Shown here: positions 22,383-32,366 of the stretch, in pieces
How positions within the stretch are numbered: the stretch's first letter is position 1
How the letters are laid out: each line of letters begins with the position of its first letter
Assembly: GCA_963700285.1 (NCBI GenBank)
Contig: CAVOXA010000001.1
Coordinates: forward strand, 448,001-512,000
DNA length: 64,000 bases
Source of the DNA: an uncultured Chloroflexia bacterium
GTDB taxonomy: Bacteria; Chloroflexota; Anaerolineae; JAAYZQ01
Direction: 5' to 3'
Translations under genes and position numbers: made by a program
The notes under the pieces: generated by a model
What the model saw: only the letters and a program-made list of their open reading frames with translations
Told to the model about the DNA's origin: nothing
Database searches by the model: none

Positions 22383-22973
22383 ATGAGTGAGCAGGCGCTC
22401 CCGGATGTGGGTTTCCAAGTGCGGGCTGTGCGCCAGCAGCGCGGGTTGTCCCTGCGCGCGCTGGCCCAGATCTGCGAGCTTTCTCCTAACACCATTAGCC
22501 TAATCGAACGGGGAATCACTTCGCCCAGCGTGTCCACATTGCACCGGCTGGCAACAGCCCTGCGGGTGCCCATCACGGCTTTTTTTGAGGCGCGACCTGA
22601 CAAGGTAGAGGCGATCCTACTCCGATCTGGCGAGCGCCCGCGAACTGGCAGCGGCAGCATGTTGCTGGAGAGCCTGGGTACCGCCCTGGATGGCCAGACA
22701 CTGGAGCCTTTTGTAGTTACCCTGAAGCCCGGGGCCAGCAGCGGCCGGCGGCTGATGGTACACATCGGCCATGAGCTGGTGTACTGCCTGGAAGGGGAGA
22801 TAGAGTATACGGTGAACGACGAGAGCTGCCGGCTTTTGGCCGGGGACTCGTTGCTCTTTGAGGCCCGGCTTCCTCACCGCTGGCGCAACCCCGGGACAGA
22901 GCCCGCCGTGTTCCTCCTCGTCTTCCAGTCGACTGAGCTGGGGGAGTCGGTGGAAGAACACCTGCGCCCGTGA
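22383..22973 (+). CDS. XRE-family HTH transcriptional regulator with cupin domain
   Basis: RGLSLRALA...ISLIERGITSPSVSTL; cupin HIGHELVYCLEG...PHRWRN; TGTGGTATAAT upstream. Confidence 0.92.
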   Translation: MSEQALPDVGFQVRAVRQQRGLSLRALAQICELSPNTISLIERGITSPSVSTLHRLATALRVPITAFFEARPDKVEAILLRSGERPRTGSGSMLLESLGTALDGQTLEPFVVTLKPGASSGRRLMVHIGHELVYCLEGEIEYTVNDESCRLLAGDSLLFEARLPHRWRNPGTEPAVFLLVFQSTELGESVEEHLRP

Positions 22974-22990
22974 TGTGGCTGTCTACTTCC

Positions 22991-23027
22991 GCAAAAAATC
23001 CCCCCTCATTGCGAGGAGGGATTTTGC
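22991..23027. terminator. Probable bidirectional terminator between convergent genes
   Basis: Imperfect inverted repeat GCAAAAAATCCCCCTC...GAGGAGGGATTTTGC. Confidence 0.6.
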
Positions 23028-23053
23028 ATAGGCAAGACAGCGGGGATGTCCCT

Positions 23054-23371
23054 CTATTCTTCCAGGTTCCTGGGCGGCGGTGTGCCAAGATCCACGTGGG
23101 CTGGTGGGCGATTCTCTTCGATCCACGTCTCGAACCATTCGGGATCCCACCAGTGGATGATGGCCGCTGAACGGTCCGGCCTCTGGCCGAGTAGATTGTT
23201 GATCATGCATTTTTCTTTGTAGGCCTTGTCGATAGCTGTGTCGACGTCGCTGTGGCCTAGTTTGCCAGCTTTCCAGCCCTGGAAGGTGTCGCACAGGGGA
23301 TCCATGATCTGGCGCCAGCGGTAGTCCCAGTAGGCATCCGTCAGCTTTTCTTCCCAGCTTTTTGGACTCAT
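23054..23371 (-). CDS. Hypothetical protein (105 aa)
   Basis: Strong AAAGGAGG RBS and protein-like composition. Confidence 0.7.
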   Translation of the reverse strand: MSPKSWEEKLTDAYWDYRWRQIMDPLCDTFQGWKAGKLGHSDVDTAIDKAYKEKCMINNLLGQRPDRSAAIIHWWDPEWFETWIEENRPPAHVDLGTPPPRNLEE

Positions 23372-23393
23372 ACTCCTACCTCCTTTAGAAGGT

Positions 23394-23423
23394 CCTGCCG
23401 GAAGCCATATAGATTCCGGCAGG
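23394..23423 (-). terminator. Stem-loop downstream of the DsrK-like gene
   Basis: CCTGCCGGAA-10 nt-TTCCGGCAGG. Confidence 0.5.
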
Positions 23424-23434
23424 GTCGCGGCTGA

Positions 23435-24686
23435 TTAGACGATCAACGAATCGGCGATGAGGTCGATGACGCCCTTGATCTCGAACCCCATCTCATAGTG
23501 TTTGTTCAGGTCTTCCAACTGGGTCTTGCAGTTCTCACAGGCGGTAATGACCCAGTCTGCACCAGTTTCGCGGATCTGTGCAACCTTGGGCAGTCCACCC
23601 TGCATCCGGGTTTCATACATGTCCTCGACAGCGGCGATCAGCCCGCCTCCGCCACCGCAGCACCAGTTCAGCTCCCGATTGGGTGTCATTTCCCGGTAGT
23701 CTGTGGCGACGGCCTTGATCAGTTCCCGCGGCTCGTCATAAATCCCGGAACTGCGACCCAGGCTACAGGGGTCGTGGTAGGTCATGGGCGTGTCGAATGT
23801 GCTAGGCTTGACCTTGATCCGGCCCTGGGCCAGGTACTGGTGGGTGAGCGGCACGATGTTCAGCCGTTCGAGCCCCTTGATCTCGTCTCCGAACCAGCCC
23901 TCAAAGTAATTGAACATGGTGCGGCTGGCGTGCCCACACTCGGGATAGACGATGCCCTTGACGCCCAAGCGCAGTGCTTCCTGCACGATCCAGTTAGCTG
24001 CTGCCTTGGCCTTGGGCATATCCCCGACAAAGTAGGAGTGGTTCGTGGCCGTGAATAGGCTCAGGCTCCAATCTACTCCCGCTGCGCAAAAGATCTTGGC
24101 TGCGGGGATAATTGCTTCTTCACCGACCAGGGGGACGTACAGGTACTCGGCTCCTTCGTTTTCAACCGTGATCTTGACGTCGGGGTGAAACTCTTCCTGT
24201 AGCCGTGACTCCAGTTCTTGTGTCTGCTCGACGTAAAAGTCCTTGATAAAGTCGATGATCTCACCCTTGCTGACCTCTGCCTCGCCGATCTCGGCGATCA
24301 TCTCCGGGCCGATTTCCTCCTGGAGCATGGAGTAGCGCCCGGTGCCGACCAGGAGGCCGGTGTCCAGGTCAAAGGGGCAAAAGACGGCGCATCGGCGGCA
24401 GCCGGTGCAATCCCACATGGCCTTCTTGAGCTGGGCCACCATGGCCGGGTCGGTGCCCTGGTAGTCGTTGATCCAATCCCAGAGCCTGCCCTTTTCTGCT
24501 CCTTCGCTCTCGATCGCCTTCTTTACCAGCATCATCCGGTAGGCGGGAATGTGTGCCGGGTCTTTCGACGCGGCGTAAAAGTGGCAGGCATCGGCGCAAG
24601 CCCCACATCGCACACAAGATGTCGCCATAGTACTGCAGCGGCCGGCTGATACGACCACGGATGGTGTCAATGAAACGGTCTAGCAT
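23435..24686 (-). CDS. DsrK/HdrD/TmcB-like (Fe-S)-binding CCG protein (N-terminal frameshift near 24620)
   Basis: CVRCGACADAC, CTGCRRCAVFCP, ECGH, TYHDPC, CCGGGGG, TACENC. AAGGAGG RBS before ATG 24686. Confidence 0.85.
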
Positions 24687-24696
24687 CGTAGCCTCC

Positions 24697-25411
24697 TTAA
24701 CTCCTCATGACCATCTTGTTCAGGATGGAGCCGATGGTGTGGATCAGCTTGCCAAAGGGGAAATAGATCATTAGGAGCTGGACGAGCAGAAAGTGCCAGA
24801 GGAAGGATACCCCAGCGCTCTCGGGTACCGGTCTTCCAACTGAACCTATACAGTCCCTGCATGAACTCCCGCATGGCAGGCTGGTCTACCTCCAATACCG
24901 AGCGCATGTGCATGCCGGTGACACCGATGGCGATCAAAAGGACCAGGGCAAAAAAATCCTCTGGGGTAGAGAGCCACTTGACCGAGCCAGCCCAGCGGCG
25001 CGGCAACAGGTAGAAGAGAGGGATCATGAAGAGCAGGCCAGCCGTCACCCCGGCAATCAGGGAGAAGGTGTGCAGTTCCTTTTCCCCCCACCCCAGCCAG
25101 TCCCAGAGGAAATAGAAGTCGGTGACAACGCGGATGTGCCCCAGGATCAGGAGCAGCAGGCCAACGTGCATGATGAACCCACCTGCCCACAGCAGGGTGT
25201 TCACTTTGAACAGTCCCTTCAGCGTGAACAGGTCCAGGAGGGCGTCCCCCAGCCGCCCCCAACGGCTTTCCGGCCGTGGAAAGAGGGAGAGATGAGCGGG
25301 CACCGGCTTTCGCTGCGACCAGCGGTACATCTGGTAGGCGGTTCCAGCGATTAGGACGATGACCGCAACGTAGGGGGTGATGTACGATACGAGAAACCCT
25401 ATTGCTTCCAT
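24697..25411 (-). CDS. DsrM/NarI/HmcE-like di-heme b membrane cytochrome (frameshift near 24825)
   Basis: Five predicted TM helices with His pairs MHVG...LGH and, in the shifted frame, WHFLL...KLIH; ends MVMRS* at 24697. Confidence 0.85.
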
Positions 25412-25454
25412 GCAGCAGATCCTCCTTGATGTGCAGGGCTCAAAGTCAGAGATA

Positions 25455-25478
25455 GGGGGAGAGGAAAACCTCTCCCCC
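25455..25478 (-). terminator. Intra-operon hairpin between tusA and the dsrM-like gene
   Basis: Perfect 10-bp stem GGGGGAGAGG-AAAA-CCTCTCCCCC. Confidence 0.6.
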
Positions 25479-25492
25479 AACGGACGGCGAAG

Positions 25493-25732
25493 CTACTTGA
25501 CGCGTCGCACGTAAAACTTGAAGACGTCGCCGTCCTTTTCTGCTTTCAGCAGCTCGTTGCCCGTACTCTTGGTCCAGGCAGTGATGTCGGCCATGGACCC
25601 GGGATCGGTGGCCAGGATCTCCAGGATGCCACCGACAGAAATGTTCTTGACTTCCTTACTGGTCTTGACTACCGGCATCGGGCACTTTAGTCCCTTTGCG
25701 TCTAGTGTCTGTTCCGGTGTAAACTCACTCAT
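25493..25732 (-). CDS. tusA: TusA-family sulfurtransferase
   Basis: LDAKGLKCPMP motif, ATDPGS, 79 aa. Confidence 0.93.
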   Translation of the reverse strand: MSEFTPEQTLDAKGLKCPMPVVKTSKEVKNISVGGILEILATDPGSMADITAWTKSTGNELLKAEKDGDVFKFYVRRVK

Positions 25733-25786
25733 GGTTTTTTCTCCCTAGTATGAATTCAAGCTTGATTTCTTGTGAATCAGTCTTTC

Positions 25787-26268
25787 CTAGATGAAGAGAT
25801 TGAATCTCGGATTCCTCGGCCTCGGCGATGAAGGTAGCCGCGCCTACTACGTCAGCCACTTCATCGATGAGGTCGTCTCTGCTGATCTCCATGACGTCCA
25901 TGCTCATCAGGCAGGCCAGTAATTTGACGTCCAGGTCAATGGCCATCTGTAGCATCTCTGGCAGGGAGGTGACGTTCTGGTCGGCCATCATCTTTTTGAA
26001 CATCCAGCGGCCCATGCCGCCAAAGTTGAACTTGGATGGGCCCAGGCGGTCGATCCCACCCCGGTTCATGACGCCCAGCATCTTGCCAAAGAACCCTTTG
26101 CCCGTTGGGGTTCCCTTCTGGATGGCCTTCAGCCCCCAGAAGGTAAAGAACATGGTGGTCTCCATGCCCATGGCGGCAGCGGTGGTGCCGATGATGAACG
26201 CGGCAAAGACCTTGTCCATGTCCCCGCTAAAGACGATGATGGAGCATTTTCTGTGTCTCTTCGCTCAT
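25787..26268 (-). CDS. DsrE2/DsrE/DsrF/DrsH-like sulfur-relay protein (frameshifts at both ends)
   Basis: SIIVFSGDMDK, FFTFWGL, LLACLMSMDVM, GAATF; AAGGAGGAG RBS before ATG 26268. Confidence 0.88.
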
Positions 26269-26286
26269 TCTCTCCTCCTTGATTCT

Positions 26287-27050
26287 TTAGAGTTTGCTCA
26301 TCTCGGCAATATGCTGCAAGCGGCTGAGCAGGTTCAGCCGTTCTTGGCCAATCTCGGAAAAGGTACCTGCCACTCGCCCCACTAGCCGGGAGATGCGGGC
26401 AAGGTCCTTCTCTGACACCAACCGCACGCTCGGGAGCGGCGCCGCGCAGCTCTTGCTCGTTGAGACCTAGTTCCGCGGCCAACTGAGGCAGATTCTGTTG
26501 CCAATCTGGTATTGCTCCACCTGGTGCCTGGGTGACGAACTGGCAGCCGGCGGCGATAGCCACTGGCTGGTGTTCTACCTCGATCGGGGCGCTGATACAC
26601 AGCAGACCAGCATGGCAAGCATGGATCTGCCCATTGTCCACTCGTTTCCATGCAACCTTACATCGGCGGCGGCCCTCTTGGCTGGACAGGATCAGTCCGG
26701 CAGAAAGTCGCAGGAATTGCTGATCTCGGTCAGCGGCGAACCGTCCAGTCGGTGGTGACAGCGGCAATATCCAGTGCTTCAGCGCACACGTCCTGGATGG
26801 TCTGGATACAGGAAAGCGGCAACGACTTGGGGGAAGGTGCAATCGTTGCCACCCGGCGGCGGCATGCTCTCAATGTCCAGACCTGATTTTGCTGCTCCTG
26901 GAGCCAGGTTTCAATCTCCCGGCGAGAGAAACGCCACTGTCCGCCCACCTTGAAGCCCTGAAGCCGGCCATCGTGCAGCATGCGGTAGATGGTGATGCGG
27001 TCTACCTGGAGCAGATCCTGTAATTGTCTGGTTGTGAGCAAGTCATCCAC
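26287..27050 (-). CDS. Excisionase/MerR-type HTH fused to a PocR-like sensor domain (frameshifted)
   Basis: N-terminus LLTTRQLQDLLQVDRITIYRML...FKVGGQWRF; then IQTIQDVCAEALDIAAVTTD and CHAGL..SAPIEV....GCQF, typical of PocR. Confidence 0.78.
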
Positions 27051-27126
27051 GCTGCGGACAATCCCCTTTGAAGCTAGGTCGAGTATACCATCAGATGCGG
27101 AGCTGTGTCAAATCATGTATCGCATG

Positions 27127-27153
27127 TTGTAACAAGATATAACATACGTAACA
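27127..27153. promoter_or_regulatory. TTGTAACAA core and TAACA direct repeats in the divergent promoter region
   Basis: TAACA at 27130, 27140 and 27149; AT-rich. Confidence 0.45.
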
Positions 27154-27375
27154 CTATTCCGACCTGGTGACCAGAACGGGTTCGGTCGGGCCTTACTGCT
27201 TGCGGGTTGTGGTTGCTTCTCAGGACAAGGTGTGGTACAATGACTGCCGTTGTTCCCACCCCTGGCTGGACTGGTTTGAGCCCTCCAGGTGCTTGGCGGT
27301 GGGGGGACAGTCTGGCGTATCAAATGGGAGCAGCATGTACCTTCACCCACTGAAGGCAGGCCAAGGAGGGACAGT

Positions 27376-28396
27376 GTGAAACACGTCATTGTTGCGGCCA
27401 TACTGGTCATCGTCGTGACGGCTCTGGTGATCCTGGGCCTGAATGCCATCGACCTGGTGCCCCAGCTTGCCAGCGAAGAGGGCAGGCTCGTGGACCAGAT
27501 GTTCACTGTGCAGATCTATGTCATCGCCTTCATCTTTTCCCTCATCATTGTGCTTTATGCTCTACAGCGTCGTGGTCTTTCGGCGCAAGCCGGGAGACAT
27601 GGGCGATGGGCCGCACATCACGGGCAACACGCCCTGGAGATCACCTGGACCGTCATCCCCTTGATCATCGTGATGGGCTTTGGCATCTGGGGCGCCGGAC
27701 ACCTGAGCGAGATCACGGCCAGCGCATCCCGACGAACTGGTCGTCGAGGTCACCGGCTTTCAGTTTGGCTGGCGCTTTGACTACCCCGAGTACCGGGGTC
27801 AGCTCCACCGATCTGTACCTGCCCGTAGGCCGCCAGATCCTGTTCAAGCTCACCTCCACCGACGTGATCCACTCCTTCTGGGTGCCCGAGTTCCGGATCA
27901 AGCAGGATGCGGTGCCCGGTACGTGGACAGAGCTGCGGGTCACGCCCACCGAGATGGGTGACTATCGCGATCCGCTGCGCCGAGATGTGCGGCTACGCCC
28001 ACTCGGCCATGTACGCGCCCGTCGTCGTCGTCGAGCCAGGCGACTTTGAGGCCTGGCTGGCAGGGCAAGAGGTGGAGCGACCGGCCGGCAGAGGACCTGA
28101 CTCCCGTGGAGCAGGGTGCGAACGCTGGCTGAGGAACAGGGTTGCCTCTCCTGCCACAGCGTGGATGGCAGCACGCTGGTCGGTCCCACCTGGCTGGGTC
28201 TGTTCGGCAGCGAGCGCCAGCTGGAGGATGGCTCCACCGTCGTGGCGGACGAGGACTACCTGCGCAAATCGATCCTGGAACCACAAGCGCAGGTGGTCGC
28301 TGATTATCCCAACGATCATGCCCGCCGCCTATGTCATTTCTGTCTGACGAGGAACTGGACGCCATCGTCGAGTATATCAAGAGCTTGAGTGAATAG
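27376..28396 (+). CDS. coxB: Cytochrome c oxidase subunit II with fused cytochrome c (caa3-type), frameshifted
   Basis: LEITWTVIP, DVIHSFWVP, CuA motif CAEMCGYAHSAM, C-terminal CLSCH heme c site. Confidence 0.9.
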
Positions 28397-28482
28397 AGTC
28401 GTCAGGCGATGATCGCTGATGCGCGCTCGCAGTGGACTGTGGTCTGACTTGAACAGAGAATCTGTACACGAGGAGGACACCT

Positions 28483-30356
28483 ATGACAGTGCTTTCATTG
28501 GGGCTTGTTCGAGGATTGGGTGCCCAGATCGTGGGCACCGCCCTGGGCATGGCACTGGTCGTCGTCGTCCGGGTGCTGATGGGCTTGGAACGCCTGGGAG
28601 CCGGAACCGGTCGTGGTCGTCGGCGCGATGGTGGGCATCATCGCCTTTCTGATTGGCGCCGGCTCTTTCAGCGACTGGTTCAAGTGGACCAAGGGCGAGG
28701 AGACCCCCATGCACCACGGTCCGCCCCCGGCAAGCCTGCCTGGACCCGCTACTTCGGCGTCGACTATAACCACCGGGTGATCGGCATCCAGTACATGGTC
28801 ACCGGCCATGCTGCTGTTGCTGGTCGGTGGGCTTCTGGCCATGATCTTTCGCGTGGAGCTGGCCGAGGCCGGCCGCCAGTGGCTCGATCCGGCCGTCTTT
28901 AACACCATGATCGGCATGCACGGCTGGGTCATGATCGCCTCCATTCTGCTGGGGATCGCGGGCTTTGCCAACTATTTGATCCCGCTGATGATCGGCGCCT
29001 CGGACATGGCCTTTCCCCGGCTGAACTCCTGCGCCTTCTGGATCAACGTCCCGGCGGCCCTCGTGCTGTTGACCAGCATGTTCGTCGGTGGCTGGGATAC
29101 CGGCTGGACGGCCTATCCACCCCTGAGCGCCCTTGCGCCGCTGGGTATGCAGCTCTACTTTGTGGCCGTGTTTTTCATGGGCCTGTCCTCCATCCTGGGC
29201 GCTGTCAACCTGATCGCCACCATCCTGACCCATGCGCGCGCCGGGCATGACCCTGTTTCGCATGCCCATCTTTGCCTGGTCGGTGCTGGCCACCAACATC
29301 ATCGCCCTGACGGCCACCCAGCTCATTGCCCTGTCGTTCCTCATGGTCATGATGCAGCGGCTGCTGGGCATGGGCTTCTTTGATCCGGCCAAGGGCGGCA
29401 ATCCCGATCCTGTTCCAGCATCTCTTCTGGTTCTACTCCCACCCGGCGGTCTATATCTTTGTGCTGCCTGGCCTGGGCATCATCAGCGAGCTGCTGCCGG
29501 TCTTTAGCCGCAAGCCGCTCTTTGGCTACAAGTGGGTGGCCCTGTCCAGCATGGCCATCGCCCTGGCCGGCTTTCTGGTCTGGGCCCACCACATGTTCAC
29601 CGTCGGGCATGGAGAGCTTTCTGCGGGTACCCTTCATGTTCACCACACTGCTTGGTGGCCGTTCCCACCGGGATCAAGTTCTTTAGCTGGATCGCAACGA
29701 TGTGGCGCGGCAAGCTGACCTTTCCCACGCCCGATGCTCTTTGTCCTGGGCGCCCTCTCGGTCTTTTTGATCGGTGGCCTGACCGGCCCGCCCAACGGCA
29801 TTGTCACCACCGACCTGTTCCTGCACGACACCTACTGGATCGTGGGCCACTTTCACGCCACGATGTTCGGCGGTTTTGTCTTTCCCTTCTTTGCCGCCCT
29901 GTACTACTGGTTCCCCAAGATCACGGGGCGGATGTACAGCGAGAGGCTGGGCAAGCTGCACTTCTGGCTGATGACGCCCGCCTTCTGGGTGCAGAGCCTG
30001 GGCCAGATGCAGGTCGGCCTGAAGGGCATGCGCCGCCGCATCGTGGACTATGACCCCGCCCTGGGCATTGAGGGGGGGCAGATTGCTCGTCACCATCGCC
30101 GGCTTTGTCATCGGCCTTTCGGTGCTGATCATGCTCTACAATCTGATCGCGCAGCGCCCGCCGGGGCGAGGTGGCCGAGCGCAATCCCTGGCGCTCGCGC
30201 TCGCCCGAGTGGCAGATCCCGTCACCCATCCCGGAGGTAGCCTATGCCCAGCCGTTCCAGGTCGTCGGCGAGCCCTACGACTATGGCCTGCCTGACTCGA
30301 CCTACGTCAGAGTAGCACCGCCTGGCAACGGCGACCGCCCGGCTAGCGGCGACTAG
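28483..30356 (+). CDS. coxA: Cytochrome c oxidase subunit I, A2 type, frameshifted
   Basis: [61 protein letters not shown]. Confidence 0.92.
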
Positions 30357-30372
30357 AGGAGGAGACGAGATC

Positions 30373-30732
30373 ATGATCGTTGATCAGTTAGGCATCGTCC
30401 TGGGAAGTTCTGCAGTCCTGTTACTGGTTGTAGGGGCCATGGGGGTCGTCCTGGCCTTTAGTTTTAGCAAGCCTAGTCCGCTGCCTGCCGAGCCCCCCGA
30501 GCCCGTCAAGATGCCGTCGGCTGAGCCAGTAGACGAAGAAGTGCTGGCTGGCCGCAAAGCTGCCTACCGCCGAGGCGTGTACGTCTTTGTTGGTCTGGCG
30601 GTGCTGACAGCTTTCGAGTTTGTTATCGCCGTGGTTCTCAGCGGCTCTGCGGCCCTCCTGTTTGTGCTCATCCTGGCCAAAGCAGGCCTGATCCTGCAGT
30701 ACTATATGCACATGGACCAGCGTTTGGAGTGA
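30373..30732 (+). CDS. Cytochrome c oxidase subunit IV-like protein
   Basis: LAVLTAFEF...LAKAGLILQYYMH pattern and position between coxA and coxC. Confidence 0.7.
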   Translation: MIVDQLGIVLGSSAVLLLVVGAMGVVLAFSFSKPSPLPAEPPEPVKMPSAEPVDEEVLAGRKAAYRRGVYVFVGLAVLTAFEFVIAVVLSGSAALLFVLILAKAGLILQYYMHMDQRLE

Positions 30733-30747
30733 GGGGGAGGCACACTG

Positions 30748-31317
30748 ATGAGCGCTGACAGCCTGGCTGCGTACAAGATCCAGACCAAGACCAACCGCGT
30801 GGGCCTGTGGTTGTTCTTTGTCTCTGAGGCCTTTCTGTTCGGCTGGCCTGCTGGCATCTCGCTTCTACCTGTGGGGCAACACCCGCCCGGACCTGGATCA
30901 GACGCTGGGCCTGATTGTCACCATCGATCCTGCTGATCAGCAGTTTCTTTATGAACCGTGCCGAATCGGCCATCGCCCACGACGACCGGAAGACCTTTCT
31001 CAACAGCCTGCTGATCACCGCTGGCGTTGGGTGTCGCTTTTCTCATCGGCGTGGTCGGCTTTGAGTGGCAGGGGCACATCAAGCCCTGGGATGGCGTTTA
31101 TGGTGCGGTGCTGTACGGCATGACTGGTCTGCATGCCCTGCACGTCTTGAGCGGCGTGGTCCTGATCCTGATTGTCTGGAATCTGGGGCGCAAAGGTCAC
31201 TTTTCCGCCGAGCGGCACTGGGGTGTGGAGGCTACGGCCGTCTACTGGCACTTTGTCGACGTGGTCTGGGTCTTTTTCTACCCAGCCCTGTACCTGATGG
31301 GGACCGCCGCATCATAG
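30748..31317 (+). CDS. coxC: Cytochrome c oxidase subunit III (short form), frameshifted
   Basis: GLWLFFVSEAFLF, MTGLHALHV, YWHFVDVVW. Confidence 0.9.
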
Positions 31318-31436
31318 CTTTCAGCTATCAGCAACAGTTCCACGTTGACAGCTGAAGGCTGATGGCAGTGGGCCAGTGTCTGTCTTCCCTGAGTGCCCGC
31401 ACTCGGGTTCCTATTCTGCAGAGGCCGGAGATTCCG

Positions 31437-32348
31437 ATGGATCCGACGTCTGAGCGTGCTGCTGCTGTCGTGGGCGTGGCGGCCCGAGATCATTCTGACC
31501 CTGGGCCTGGCGGCGGCGATCCACCTCGTTGGTCGCTGGCGCCTGAAGCAGCGCGGCAGTACCGCATCTGGTGAATCCCTGGCGCTCGGTGGCCTATTTG
31601 GGCGGTCTGGCAGTCTGTGGATTGCCTTGATGTCGCCCATCGACGTACTGAGTGGTCAGTTCTTCTTCATGCACATGATCCAGCACCTGCTGCTGGTCAT
31701 GATCGCACCCCCGCTGCTGCTGATCGCCGATCCGATGCCCATCATGGTGTGGGGGCTGCCCGCCGCTCTGCGGCTGGAGGTAGGGCGCTGGCTGCGGCCG
31801 GACGCGACGTTCCGCCGTGTGCTACGCGCGCTGACAACGCCCGGGCTGGTCTGGCTGTACTTTGTCGCTGCCCTGGTAGGCTGGCACGATCCCAATGCCT
31901 ATAACGCTGACGCTGCAATACGAGCTGGTCCACGACCTGGAGCACCTGACCTTCTTTGGAACAGCGATGCTGTTCTGGTGGCACGTCATCGGCGCTGCGC
32001 CGCACATCCACCGGCGGCTGTCACGCGGGTGTGCGCATCGGCTATGTGCTGTCGGTGGTGCCCGCCAACGCGCTGACCGGCATCGCCATCGCCTTTGCCA
32101 GCGAGCCGATCTACACCTACTATACGACCGTGCCGCGCCTGGGGGAGATGACGGTCCTGCAAGACCAGATGTTGGGTGGGGTGATCATGTGGATCCCGGG
32201 CAGCATGATGTACATCATCGCGGCACTGGTCCTCATTGCCCAGATCGTTCGCGTCGGGGAGGATAACGAGCCTGCGCCTGAGCCAGCGTGGGCTGTCGAC
32301 GAGGCCGTGCGCGCGCCTGGGTTCGAGGAGCCCAAAGTCGCGACCTAG
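31437..32348 (+). CDS. ctaG: Cytochrome c oxidase assembly factor CtaG (caa3_CtaG family), frameshifted
   Basis: SPID...HMIQHLLLVMIAPPLL, WHDP, HDLEH, DQMLGGVIMWIPG. Confidence 0.85.
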
Positions 32349-32366
32349 AGCACAAAGGAACACTGC

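Noticed and set aside
24697-25411. Respiratory nitrate reductase (narI)
   Set aside because: No narGHJ is present, and the partner is a CCG-family Fe-S protein.
23435-26268. Evidence of dissimilatory sulfate reduction
   Set aside because: No dsrAB, dsrC, apr or sat in the window; DsrMK-like pairs also occur in non-sulfate reducers.
18639-26268. Selenocysteine recoding in the Fe-S/CCG or sulfur-relay proteins
   Set aside because: The expected Cys positions are ordinary Cys in the translations, and the breaks are frameshifts rather than in-frame TGA.
26870-27050. Excisionase-like HTH as evidence of a prophage or ICE
   Set aside because: It is fused to a sensor domain, and no integrase, att-like site or phage gene is nearby.
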